Of a stretch of 64,000 bases of DNA, positions 48,211 to 61,587 are shown piece by piece (position 1 is the first letter of the stretch; each line of letters opens with the position of its first letter). The stretch covers positions 17,421,360 to 17,485,359 of the forward strand of contig NC_043019.1 in the NCBI RefSeq assembly GCF_006345805.1, written 5' to 3'. The notes under the pieces are model-generated. The model worked only from the letters and a program-made list of their open reading frames with translations. It searched no databases and was not told the DNA's origin. Made by a program: the position numbers and the translations under genes. This DNA is from Octopus sinensis. Lineage: Eukaryota.

Positions 48211-49204
48211 GGTATAGCAGAAAGTCAAGTAGAGTCTGGGATGTGAAAAGTTCTTTACATTTGTATATGTATAAATATGTTACACACTGACTTGATACTT
48301 GTTGACTGCCTATCCTTTTGCTCTATTGCGTGTATACATATTAATATATATGTGTGTGTGTGTGTGTGTAGCAGAAGCAACAGAGTGACTCAAGGGCTGA
48401 GAGTTTTGTGCATTGGCACTTAACAAACTTAAGTGTCACTGCACGAAACTCTCAGCCCTTGTGAGTGTGTTCCCTCTGCTAAATATCAATAAAAATATAC
48501 ATATAGTTATATTTTGAGATCTATTTTTCCTCTTTGCATCACCATACCTAAATGTGTGTGTAATATATGCCCTGATATTTTTAATATATATTTATGTTTG
48601 ATATTGTGGTAATATGGGAATGCTATAAAGTTACTTTTGACCGATTAGAGCATTTATTCATTGCACCCTTTAATTTGTTTTTCCTTTTTGTCTCAGTGTT
48701 ACCTGAGCATGTCCTATCTTTTTATTTCCCGGTTTAACAAAATTACAAAATCACCAACATAGGTACATACATACACGCACACACACACATATATATGTAA
48801 AGCAAATTTTTGTCAGCTTAGTGATTTTGTTATATAAACAGTGAATCATTGGCCATAGCAACACTTCCGTTAACATTATGTTGTTACAGGTTGAAACCCA
48901 GTAATCTGGGTTTTGCTAGTCTGACAGGTTGAAGAATAGACACTGGTACTTTTGAAGGAAACCAAAGCTGCACAAATACTGCTTTGGAAATTACACGACA
49001 TGGTTTTTCAATGACTTCAATGATGTATGGTTCTGACGTATTGACACGTAATTTTTCATAGATTTAAAAAAAAGAATTCATTTGTGGATCCACCAGGCTT
49101 CTGCTAATGGTTCATTGTACTCTTGGATATAAATTGCAGGTACTAAACTTCATAATTTAAACTTTTAAAATAATTGCCTTATATATATATATATATGTAT
49201 ATAT

Positions 49205-49585
49205 TCTTTCTTTTATCTGTTTCAGTCATTTGACTGTGGCCATACTGGAGCACCACCTTTAGTCAAACAAATCGACCACCAGACTTATTCTTTGTAAGCC
49301 TAGTACTTATTCTATTAGTCTCTTTTGCTGAACCGTTAAGTTACAGAGATGTAAACACACCAACATCGGTTGTCAAGCGATGGAGGTGGGGGGGCAAACT
49401 TAGACACACAAATACATACACACATGCACTCTCTCTCACATACACACACACACACATATATATATATATAAAACTGGCTTCTTTCAGTTTTCCATCTACC
49501 CAATCCACTTACAACGCTTTGGTTGACCCATAGTAGAAGACACTTGCCCAAGGTGCCACATGGTGGGATTGAACCATGTGGTTCA
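49205..49585 (-). mobile_element. CORE-type SINE
   Basis: Family modules on minus strand. Confidence 0.85.
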
Positions 49586-49620
49586 GAAGCAAATGTGTGT
49601 GTGTCTGTGTGTATATGTGT

Positions 49621-50560
49621 ATCATCATCATCATCACCACTGTTTAATGCCCGTTTTCCATGCTGGCATGGGTTAGATGGTTTGACTGGGGACTGGCAAA
49701 CCAGGAGGCTACACCAGGCTCCAATCTGGTCGGCAATGTTTCTACAGCTGGCTGCCCTTCCTAACACCAACCACTCTGAGAGTGTAGTGGGTGCTTTTTA
49801 CATGCCACCGGCACAGGAGCCAGTCAGGCAGCTCTGGTATCGGCCATATTTGGATGGTGCTTTTTATGTGCCACCAGCACAGGAGCTAGTTGGGATGAGG
49901 GGGCTGGCATTGATCACGTTTGGATGGTGCTTTTTATGTGATACTGGCACGGGGAGCCAGTTAGACAGCACTGGTATCAGCCACATCTACAATTTTCATT
50001 TGATTTAATTTTGATTTACTTGACTCAATAGGTCTCCTCAAGCACAGCATGTCACCTGGCGATCCAAAGATACTTTTTTTAAGTGGGCTGGTTATGCAAC
50101 CCTGGTGTAGGCTACGGCTGTGATCTCACTTTACTTGCCAGGTCTTCTCAGTCACAGCATATCTCCAGAGATCTCAGTCTTTTGTCATTGCCTCCCTGAG
50201 GCCCAACATTCGAAGGTCATGCTTCACCACCTCATCCCGTGTCTTCCTGGGTCCCTCTCTTCCATGGTCTTCTTTCACTGTTAGGGAATGACACTTCTTC
50301 ACACAGTTCTCTCCATCCATACATAACCAATGACCATACCAGTGCAGTCATCTCTCTTGCGCACCACATCTAATGTTGCTTATGTCCAACATTTCTCTCA
50401 GGGCACTTACACTCTGTCATGTGTGAACACTGACATTACACATCCAGCGAATCATACTAGCTTCATTTCTTTTGAGCCTATGCATGTCTTCAGCAGTCAC
50501 AGCCCATGTTTCACTGCTGTGAAGCATGGTAGTTCGCACACATGTATCGTACAATCTACA
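49621..50560 (-). mobile_element. RTE LINE 3' fragment (ORF end plus UTR)
   Basis: Minus-strand YDTCVRTTMLHSSETW...GPRKTRDEVVKHDLR; (TGA)n tail. Confidence 0.9.
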
Positions 50561-50562
50561 AT

Positions 50563-50597
<35 letters not shown>

Positions 50598-50795
50598 CAT
50601 AGGGGGAGAATTCACAAAAAACAAAGAAGATGGAGACAGGTGGTGTAGACAACAAACAGATATATTAGTATAACACTTGGGAAGTGAAGAAGTCTTTAAC
50701 GTTTCGAGCCTAAGCTCTTCCACAGAAAGGAACACAGAAAGAGACAAGGAGAGAAAATAAAGAATGTGTAGTGGCTAGCGATCTATCATGGTGAA
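50598..50795 (-). mobile_element. Short non-coding repeat with degenerate hammerhead-like motif (Penelope-like remnant?)
   Basis: Bounded by (TA)n; CTTT-CTGTGGAA-GAGC(TTAG)GCTC-GAAAC-GTT-AAAG at 50694-50729. Confidence 0.45.
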
Positions 50796-50818
50796 TATGT
50801 ATACACACACATATATAT

Positions 50819-50860
<42 letters not shown>

Positions 50861-51196
50861 TATATTGTCTTCGTCTTATGTTTTCTGTAAATTTCAACTA
50901 TATATACATATATATACATATATAAATATACATACATATATATGTGTATATATATGTATAAATATACATACATATATGTGTATATATATATATATATTTA
51001 TATATATAAATATACATACATATGTGTATATAGACATATATATATTTATATATATAATATACATACATATGTGTATATAGACATATATATACATATATAT
51101 GTGTATATACACACACACACACATGTATGCACACACATATATATGTGTATAAATACACACACATGTCTTCTGTCTTTTGTTTTCCATAAATTTCAA

Positions 51197-51231
<35 letters not shown>

Positions 51232-51310
51232 TACATGTGTGTGTGTGTGTGTGTAATATATATACACACATGTATGCATACATACTTATATATGCGCGCA
51301 CACATATACA
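50795..51310. repeat. Compound (TA)n/(TG)n/(CA)n microsatellite
   Basis: Directly visible. Confidence 0.9.
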
Positions 51311-51617
51311 TAGAGAGAGAAAGACATAACAGGGAATGGTATTTTGTTTATCTCTCTTACTGTGATGAAATAATTTTGTACTTAAAAAGATAATCAACAA
51401 TCATATCTAGCGCTTTTGAGGAAAATGTGATGAGATGTAACACTTGAAAGAACTATCCAAAACTGAAGTAAATAGTTACAGTGACTGTTCATATAAACTG
51501 TAAACATTATATATTTCAATTAAATAGGGGACAAAGAACTCGAAGAAATATGGATTATTTGGTCTCAGATGGAATTTGGAATTTGATTGGAAAACATACC
51601 AGTAAATATCACCTCAC

Positions 51618-51842
51618 GTAAACTTTTAGCATTTAAACTGGTCATATTTTAGCCAAAATATTCTAACTGTTCTAGTTTCAAGTAACCAGATCTGTCTTCT
51701 CACACCTACCCTGCAATGTCATTTTAGAAATAAACTATCATTTCATCAAAGTCTTGAAGCTACAAGGTTATTTATGATTAATTCAAAACTGAAGAAATAA
51801 GCATGGCATTTGACAGAATAATCTGAATGCTAAAGGGTTGAT
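51618..51842. mobile_element. piggyBac-type MITE (family B), inverted relative to 37451
   Basis: CTTTTAGCATTT...GAATGCTAAAGGGTTGA termini; CTCACACCTACCCT core. Confidence 0.75.
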
Positions 51843-51889
51843 GACTTTTTTCTGTACACAAACCATCGAGAAAGTCTACATCATCATTC

Positions 51890-52180
51890 AGCTTTCTAAA
51901 ATTGCAGTCACATGCCCCTCAATTAAAAAAAAGATGGTCATGGCTGGAATGCCTTTAACCATAGGTCCTTTATTAATCAGAATTGACCTCAGGTTAAACA
52001 CCGACAGCCTCTTCTCTGCTCATGCCAATGAAAGAGAGACTCCATGTGTTCAACTTACTACAAATAGCAAATCATATATTTTAGAAAAAAAAAAAAAAGG
52101 ATAATCTTGGATGGAATTCCTTTGATCACAGGTCTGCTCCATTGGGAGCTGAATTGGAGCTAAACTACAACAGCAACCAC
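51890..52180. repeat. Dispersed repeat family (TGGTCATGGCTGGAATGCCTTT...ATAGGTC...GACC..GG..TAAAC)
   Basis: Related motif copies near 5.35, 36.5, 39.47, 55.65, 56.5-57.05, 60.75 and 61.43 kb. Confidence 0.6.
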
Positions 52181-52201
52181 TTTTATAGGATTTCACCTTA
52201 A

Positions 52202-52422
52202 CCCTTTCGTTACTGTATTTCTGTTGAGATGCTCTCTGTTCCTTTCAATTAATTTTAAATATAACAAAGAATTTAGTAAAATAACTTAGTTGTCATTAAG
52301 CTAGTGTTAGGAACATAAATTGGGACTAAGGTTTGGTGGAAGATTTTTATTCCAAACTTACAAAAACAACACCTTTGTACTCAGAGCTAGAGCTGGTTGC
52401 AGCCGGGTTGGTAACGAAAGGG
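52202..52422. mobile_element. piggyBac-type MITE (family A), 221 bp
   Basis: TTAA flanks, TIR CCCTTTCGTTAC; reverse-complement homologue of 31940-32160. Confidence 0.9.
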
Positions 52423-52884
52423 TTAAGGAGGACAGATTTGAGCGATATAGAGGTGTTAAAGAAAGATTTCTGTCTGGCAATTATAAGAAAAGTAAGTCAT
52501 ATGACTATTTCCAGTTCACTTTTCTGTTAATGTTGGAGGCAAGCTGGAATTGGTGGTTGATAATCATTAAGATGAAATGCTGGTTGTTCGACTTTGAATT
52601 GGATTTTTTTCCATAGCTAATCAGCTAAACCACTGTCAACTAAACATATGAAATATTTTACAAGAAAACACTACTGAATGTTATCTGATATAAAATACAT
52701 AAGCAAGTGATTAAGAAGTTCACTTTGCTATCATAAGATTCCAGATGTGATCTCATTACATAGCACCTAGGGCAAGTGCCCGTTATCATTGCTTTGGATC
52801 AAACTAAGCTTCATAAGGGAAAATGAGTGTTCAGGAACTCTGCAGTTGCCCCATTCAGATAAACTATACCTGTTGTGATGATGA

Positions 52885-53115
52885 TGATGATCATCATCAT
52901 CATCATTTAACATCCGCTTTCCGTGTTGACATGGAGCTGGCTAGCAAGGGGCTGTCCAGACTTCAGCTGTCTGATGTGTCTTGGTTTCTATGGCCGGGTG
53001 CCCTTTCTAATGCCAACCACTTAAAGTGTGGTGGGTGCTCTTTACATGCCACCAACATGAGTGCATTTATGTAATAGCAGCATGGGTGCTTTTTAAGTGG
53101 CACTGGCACCTGAAA
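52885..53115 (-). mobile_element. Degenerate RTE 3' tail
   Basis: CATCATCATTTAACATCCGCTTTCC...GGGTGCTTTTTAAGTGGCAC. Confidence 0.7.
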
Positions 53116-56100
53116 GGATAAGCCTGGCATAGTTTATCCAAGGGCTATTAAGTGGTCTTTGTATATCTCTCAGCAGAATCTACTTTGTTGCAGGCTTTGG
53201 GACCAGATTTCTGGCTGCAAGATACCAGCATCTATGTCACTCCTCCAGCTGTTTCACCAACTGGTTTCAGAGAACATTAAAAAAACAAACAAAAAAAGGG
53301 GGGGGAACTACACCTTTTATCCTGACTGAGCTATAAAAAAAATATACTTTTTAAATTATTTTTGTAGCTTAAGCAGAAAAAGGAATTTCTATATATTTTA
53401 CTGGCATTCCAAATCTGGTGTGAGGAACGAACGAAAGATTTTGATATCTTTATACCAGAGAGCTGGTCCAAATTCTTGCAATAGATTAGACTCTGCTGAA
53501 GACATCTAAAAGCTAATCTGCTGGTCATATTAAACTGGACAATGGATTAAGTCAGCTACTCCAGAACAAATATATCTTATGGAGTTCCACAGTTTCTCCC
53601 ACCCGATTACTCTCATAGGTTTGGGTTAAGTAGAACTTATAATAATGTCCTCTGCCATGCAGACGATTGAATCCTGAACCACGAAATTGCAAATGAGCAT
53701 CTTCAGAAATGCTAAGTGAAGTTTTTGTTTTATGTCATAGATATACAATAATTAAAAGTCAAATTCTTCTTCCTAATTGCTGTTACCGAGGGACTTGCTC
53801 TATAATTAAGCCGGTTTCATTGTAGATCTTTCTCTTTACTTTTAGCAACAATTCTTGCATTTACTGTTAATTAATAGGAAGGCAACTGATATATGGAAAT
53901 TCTTACTTTTGATTATTGAGAGAATGTGATTAAACTAAAAAAAAAAAGTAAATAAAAAGAAATTGCTAATGATTTATAGTTTCACTCCGAAATGCATCAA
54001 CTGATCTTGTTTGAATTCTCTCTTTTGCTTGATTTTAAATTTCAAATGCATTTAGTGGGAGTTTTTAATTTACTAATTAACTGCATGGGTAATTACTGTT
54101 AATTGAAGCTTTTGAACTCACTGTATTACATAGATGAGACCATAGTATGTTTGTATTTACTCTGCAGAATGTTCCCTTGAGACATTTTCCCTTCAACAAA
54201 TATGTTTCATTGTGTCATGAGTAGTACTTTGTATGTGTGACCTTAACTTTGAATGTGGTGCCTTGCACACATGCATATTCCTTGAGATTCCTTCAATATG
54301 TATTTCCTTTGTAATCATGATCCATCGGATGTGCTCGTTATTAGTTGTTTTTAATCATTATTTTAGCAGTATATTGTATATTTATTGGATCTAGCTTAAA
54401 TACATTTTAGTGCATGAAAACTGAAAATCTGTAGCTTCCTAATTTTAGTCCATTGTGTATGGTTCCATGGAATACTCTTTTATGTTTTTTTTTTAATCCT
54501 TGTTTTTTTTTTTGTTTTAATTTTTCTTCTGTTCCAGTGAAAATATGATCTGCTTCTCCTAAAATTATTTTATTTATATTATAATTACATTTAGTTATAT
54601 GTCCAGTGTGTTTATCTTCCATTTCATTCTATTCCAGCTTAACTTTAGATTTCTCAAGGCTCCAAAAACTTCTCAACTGAAATCCTCTTTCTGCTTTTAA
54701 TTCATATTTATTTATTGTTAAAATAATACAAGAATCTGGTGTCAGCCTCTTTGGTAAAATAAAAAAAAAAAAATTGCTATTTTCTTATTAGGATGAAAAT
54801 TCCATTGTGATCTGCATGTCAATACTTTTTTAAAACTTACTGTTTAATTGCAGATTTAATTAATGAATCATCATTGCATTCTAGCTTTAATTATTTGTGT
54901 CATATTTAATTTCCAACTAAGACAATAGACAATTCCATTTGTATTCAGACTGTAAAAATGATACTTGTGCTTGACCTGCTTTAAACCATAAAGACCACTA
55001 TCTGAAACCACCACCCCTAGTTCCATGATATAAAACTTCTATTTAAATGGGGGTGGGTGGGCGGAACTTCCAAAATAATTTTATATAAAATCTTCCTATT
55101 CCAGAAACTATCTTTATGAAAACTAAGTTATTTTACAATTTCCATCAAATTCTTGATTACTTTGAAAATTAATTGAAACAAGAAATATGGTCATGAAGGA
55201 TTAAAGTGCAACCGCTTCACATTTTTGTCAATGATTCATAAACTGTAATCAGTTTTTAAAATATGTGTATGCCAGCTACGGCCTTCTGGGAGTGTGATGA
55301 ACGAGGATCATGGCCCGTACTTCACCTCCTCTTTTGATTATCATATATAAAAAAAAAAAGATGTTAATGAGGAAGCTACTGTTTCCTTTGAATTTTGCTC
55401 CATCATCTTAAAGAAAGACATATTTGATAAGTTATTCCTAGTTACCTCTGATAAAACAGGTAACATCACAACCGGAACACTAGTGATGAATCCGGGTTGA
55501 CCACTGGGGATAAACAGCAACTACAATAAACACTTCAGTGAATGACATTAGACGATGGTTCTTTGCTGAAATTAAAATCTGTTGTTTCAGCACACACTGG
55601 ATAATATAGTCCCTGTTATGTGAAATAATGGTATGGTTATAGCTGGAATACCTTTGACCATAGGTCTGTTGGAGGGGGGGTTGACCTGGGAGATAACCAA
55701 CAAGAACAACATAGTAAGAAGAAACTCTTCCCTGCTCCACTAATAACTCATTCTTTTGTAGTTTCTTTCTTGTCAGTTTAGTTTTCTAGGATTAATTACT
55801 TAGGTGTTTCTGCTATACAGTCTAAAATTTCTTAACCGCAAAGCTTGTGGATTGCCATAAGAATTCCTCAGTTATTAATGTAGAATTCTAGAAGTTCTCT
55901 TGTTACTGATAATCCTGCTTTTCATTGTGTTGTCTTCTCAGTTTCTCCTGCATTCTAAAAACTGCAATAAACTGTAGAGTCTACTTCACAATGTATGCCC
56001 AAACTGTTTCAATTTCATTAATGTTAGCATACTGCAACCGTCTTGGAATTGCAGCAAAATTCTCTTCAAACCACACTTGCCCCTCTTCGAAATGGAAGGA

Positions 56101-57099
56101 CACATTGTACAATGTAGCTTCTACATATACAAAAGACTGTAATATCTTTGATTTTTGAGTCTACTAATTCAGCACTGACCGGAGGTTAAACAATGTTGTA
56201 TTTTACTTTAAAATAGCTTTTTTTTTTGTTTTACAGATATATTAATTATTTTGATTTTCAGTTGAATATAGTTTATCTCTCAAATTCCTCATCTCCGACC
56301 AATTATTTGGGACACAGGCATAACTGTGTAGGTAAGAAGTTTGGTTTGTAACAACACTGTTTCAGGCTCATGTTAGCATGGATGGATTAGATCTGAAAAT
56401 TTAGTGAATTTGATGGGGGTTTTTGAATGAACTACTGAAGTGTTTAATATCTATTGATAGTGTGTTATTTTAATATTGTGGTTAAATGGAGATCAAGTCA
56501 GTTGTTGAGCCGCAGGTCAGCTTGATTGAGCTGATCTTATAATAAAAGGTATTCCGGTTGCAAGTAACCTATCGTTTTTGACAACCTGTTGTATCTAAGA
56601 TGGTATTATCCAATATGATCTTTATTAAGATAGCAAGATGGCATTTTAAGGATATCCAGGCATCAAGTTGAATGACTGCATCGAGGTTTTATCAGTGTTC
56701 TTTAGTTATGATCAGGTATTCTAGCCATGACCACTCCACCTCTTTATATTTATTACAACAATGTCCCATGGGCTCTTCCATTTTTTTTAAAAGATAGGAT
56801 GTGATTTGAAGGAGATGTAACTGCTATTTCTATCTAAGTTCTCTGTTGACTCGTCCCGTACTTCATTGACTCACATTGTAACTTTATAACCACTGTTGAG
56901 CCAAAACAACTTGGGAGCCTTTATATGCAAAATAGCCAAAATCCCCTCAAGTCATACCTTACAGTCTTAAAGAAAAGGACATATTGAACAATGTAGTCCA
57001 GGGTTTATCATTCCTCAAGAATAAGGGCAAGGCAATCATGGTTTCAATGTCCTTGACTAATAAATCTTTTCAGTTAGAGCCAACATCACTGTTAAAAAT

Positions 57100-57982
57100 A
57101 TGCGTAGACTTGAAAGAAATGAAGCTAGCATGATCCGCTGGATGTGTAATGTCAGTGTGAATGCACGACAGAGTGTAAGCACCCTGAGAGAAATGCTAGG
57201 CATAAGAAGCATCAGATGCGGTGTGCAAGAGCGACGCTTGTGATGGTATGGTCATGTACTGCGGATGGATGAGGAGAGATGTGTGAAGAAGTGCCACTCC
57301 CGAACAGTTGAAGGAATCAGGGGGAGAGGTAGACCCAGGAAGACATGGGATGAGGTAGTCAAGCATGACCTCAGAGCGTTGGGCCTCACTGAGGCAATGG
57401 CGAAGGACCGAGATCTCTGGAGATGTGCTGTGACAACTAAGACCCGGGATGCTTCCGGCACCAGTTCCGCATAGCCCCTGCCCATTCAAAGTACCTTGGA
57501 TCCCGGAACATCTCGCTGTGCTTGAGGAGACCTGTTGAGTCAAGTGCATGTACATGAACATCGAACCAAATATCAATGGAAACAGTAGTTGTGATACCTG
57601 TGCCGGTGGCACATAAAAAGCACCATCCGAACATGACCGATGCCAACCCCGCCTCGAATGGCTTCTGTGCCGGTGACACATAAAAAGCACCATCCGAACG
57701 TGGCCGATGCCAGCCCCGCCTCGACTGGCTTCTGTGCCGGTGGCACATAAAAAGCACCAACCGATCGTGGCCGGTGCCAGACCCCTCTGGCACCTGTGCA
57801 GGTGGCACGTAAAAAGCACCCACTACACTCGCGGAGTGGTTGGCGTTAGGAAGGGCATCCAGCTGTAGAAACACTGCCAGATCAGACTGGAGCCTGGAGC
57901 AGACCCTGGCTACCCAGACCCCGGTCGAACCGTCCAACCCATGCTAGCGCGGAAAATGGACGTTAAACGATGATGATGATGA
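57100..57982 (+). mobile_element. RTE LINE 3' fragment (ORF end plus UTR)
   Basis: RRLERNEASMIRWMCN, GRGRPRKTWDEVVKHDL; four UTR modules; (GAT)n tail. Confidence 0.92.
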
Positions 57983-59404
57983 TTAAATTTTTTATTGAAT
58001 ACTTCACGGAAACAGCTTCAAGTTTGTATCCCATTTATGTCTTAAAACTCTAAATCTGATTATTGTGTTCAGCCAATTACAAAGTATGTTTGCTTTACAG
58101 ATTTCCCCTTTCAAGATGCTAAAACCTCTTCATTCTTTCCCGTCTAGTTTAGTGAGATAAAAGCAAAAAACAGAAACAACCATGTGAAATTTGATTTTGT
58201 TTGCTGAATTCAATAAGTGTGTTTACTCATCTGACTGAATATTGAATTCAGTATCAAGTTCTTTGAAAGAATTTCTGTTCACTAAGAGACATGTCAGATT
58301 TTGTTCAAAAACTTTTCTCAAAAATATTTTGATATTTAAGAAAATATTCCCAAACTTTTCTTTCAAGCTTTCTTATTTAATTAAAGTAAAATGACTTAGA
58401 ATAAATATCGTGTGTGTGTATATAATCGCACAGTTTTTCTTTGTGTGTCCAGTCTTACAAACTGAGACTGGCTTTTGCGCACACAGGCAGAACAAATTAT
58501 CATATGCACATCTAAGACTAACAAATGAGTGGAAAAAATTACTAAAAGAAAATAACTTTTTTTCTTGTAGTAAGCCCGAAATTTTGTATTACTTTAAATA
58601 TTAAGATTATAAAAAAAAATTAGTTGATATATATGTTTAATCTGCTTTCTTTACAAGAGCCATTTAGATCTTTTTTAAAAAGCTATTTTAAAAGCATCTA
58701 CATTCCCCATTTAATTAATTTTTTTTTTTTTATTTCTAACTTTTCTGTATTAAAATGGTGATGGTTGTGAGAGAGCAGCATCCCAGTCTTGGATACTTTC
58801 TATTACAATTTTTGGTGTTTTAGCAAATTCAGCTATTGTATATTGTTCTTGTTTTAGTCAGGTTAAAGGCTGTCCATCCATAGCTGTTCTATGTTTTTAT
58901 ATAATGGACTGTGTTATCTATTGTATCCCACCATTTTCAAGTAGTAGAGTGTGAAATGAGGGATATTTGGCTGCTCTTTCTGGCAGGTTGAGTCTCCATG
59001 TAGAGGCTTCTTTGTTTGATCAAGACCCAGCCATACATTTTATGTGTTATCTTCAGTAAATTAAGTACCAGTAATATGCTCTAGTGGTTGAATGCTTTCC
59101 CTCAAATTCCTTTATTGTTTAGCAACTTACTTAACAGGCTAAAGCGAGGAATTTCAGCCAAAACAAACCAGAGAACAGTTGCATGTTTGATGAACTTATA
59201 AGCCATAGATACCTGTTGCTTGTCCTATGTTGGCAGCAAGAGATTATCTGCATAGACAACAAACTATAAGTTACTGCAAACTGGTAGATTAAAACTGGAT
59301 ATGCAGAAACTGAGGAAATAGTTCCATCATGTCCCACAAGTAGCCACAAACGCTGGTGATAAAGCAGCAATGCATGACATTACTGTTAAAACAAATAATG
59401 CAAA

Positions 59405-59733
59405 GGCTGTCAACACAGTGATGTGGCTGTGAAGAGATAATGACATGGCTGTCAACACAGTGATGTGGCTGTCAATACAGTGACATGGCTGTCAATACAG
59501 TGACGTGGCTGTCAACACAGTGACATGGCTGTCAATACAGTGACGTGGCTGTCAATACAGCGACGTGGCTGTCAACACAGTGACATAGCTGTGAAAAGAT
59601 AATGACATGGCTGTCAGCACAGTGACATGGCTGTCAACACAGTGACATGGCTGTCAATACAGTGACATGGCTGTCAATACAGTGACATGACTGTCAATAC
59701 AGGGACATGGCTGTCAATACAGGGACATGGCTT
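59405..59733. repeat. Minisatellite, 16 units of 20 bp (GGCTGTCAA[C/T]ACAGTGACAT), two of them 22-bp variants
   Basis: Units counted directly; variants at 59425 and 59587. Confidence 0.95.
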
Positions 59734-60369
59734 GTCACCAGTCACTATTTTGTCCAAAAAAGGTTTATTCATGAGATGTGATAGCAAAGAAGTGCACACA
59801 TTCACTCTCTGCACCTGATTTGACATGGGAAGTTTGTGAGGAACCCATGGACCCAATTTGCTGACTTTTCTGATGGCATGCAGGTATTGATGAATGGTTG
59901 AATGACGGAATTGAAGCTTCTCTGCTAGTTCCTTTACAGTTACAATGGAATTTTGTTACACTAGGGTTTGCAGGACATCCTCATCAAGCTCTACAGATCT
60001 TCCAGGATAAGCCTCATTTTCTAGGCTGTAGTTTCCAGCTCAGAATTTCTGGAACCATCGTTGACGCTAGCTTATTGTCCAATCCCCATATACTGCATTA
60101 ATATTCCTCACACTTTCCATTGCATCGTTGCCTTTATTGAACTAATAAGGCAAAATATGCCAAATATGCTCCATTATCACTTCCATTATAGCATTGAAAA
60201 AATAACTGTTAAGATTGAACTGCACTCTTCAAGACTTTCACTAAAAATAAATACAAGGTAAAATTACTACCTGCTTTTATAGCAAGTTGATGCAGGTAGT
60301 TTATCCTGTTCCTGTCCGACTTTTAGTTCATGCAATTGCAAAAGCCGCCTTATTTATGGGATGACCCTA
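59729..60369 (-). mobile_element. mariner 5' half (same family as 27088-28596)
   Basis: TIR ATTTATGGGATGACCCTA plus TA; HIWHIL, GPWVPHKL, FLDKIVTGD; truncated after the first catalytic D. Confidence 0.9.
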
Positions 60370-61532
60370 TATGTAAGGTATTTAAATATCTTATTTAAAT
60401 AAGAATCCATTGACAAGGTTGCAAAAGCAAGGAAAATTTTTGGAAGAAAAATATGAATAATAAATGAGTGGAAATCGAACCAGTGAGTGTGTTACATAAT
60501 AAGGCATTAAGACAATATGACCCTCCCCAGGCACAACATTATTTAAATGAGATTTTGATATAAGTCTAAATATCTTGTTTCTAAAAACTATTATAACCCC
60601 TCCAAATACCCAGTATCCTCATAGAACCTCATTCTAAGCTCACAATGTTCCCAAAGTGGGTACTACCATCCAGGTACTACCGACCAATGGAATTAATTAA
60701 AAAAAAAAAAGACTCCATCCAATGTAGTTGAAGAAATGCAATACCAATGATGGTCAAGGCTAGAATGCCTTTGACCACAGGTTTGCTCCATAAGAGCTGA
60801 CTTAAGTTTAACAACAACACCTACAGCAACAACAAAATCATTATTCAAAGTAATTTTTTTTACTGTTAATCACTGTTTGGGTGAAGGTGAAATTTTATCC
60901 CTTGTGATAAATTGTTTGAGACTGCCTAAGGTATTGTATTACAAGACCTCAAATTTCACGATGTTCATATTTAAATTAAAACTTTGCAATGTGATTTTAA
61001 GTAAGAACATTTTGTTACGCTCCAAACAACATAGAAGTGAAAAACATATTTTACACAATCTCTCTGAGCTCTTGATTATATTTCAAAATTAATTACAGCA
61101 CATGGCAAATATATTTCATTCGGTCTGTTTGGTCTGTTCACAAACTGGTTAACCCTTGGGTTTGAATCCTGAACATTGCTTTGTAGCACAGGCATTGCTT
61201 CTTAAGCTTGGTCAAGGTTAACTACTCAGGTTTGTCTTGGATAGAACTATTATCTTCAAGAAGTTCATCTAGCTACAAAAAAATAATTAATATGAATGAA
61301 CAAAGAAGCTTGTATGAGGCTGGCTGAAATGCTAGACATATATACCTGCTTTATTTTTTTTTAAACATTGGATGCTATGATCCTGAATGCAGAATTCACT
61401 GTCTAGGTGAAAAATGATATGACCGTTGCTAAAACGCCTTTAATCATAGGTTTGCTCTTGTCGGAACTAAACAGCAACAAATAAACAGGAAAGAAAACTG
61501 TCTTTATATCTACATGTATGTCTGTGTATATA

Positions 61533-61586
<54 letters not shown>

Positions 61587-61587
61587 T

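Noticed and set aside
51528-51601. GQRTRRNMDYLVSDGIWNLIGKHT as a nicotinic-receptor-like exon
   Set aside because: Resemblance covers only a few residues; no other Cys-loop exons found
59405-59733. CRISPR-like array (also RTE UTR modules at 57590-57830)
   Set aside because: No unique spacers, no cas genes, eukaryotic context
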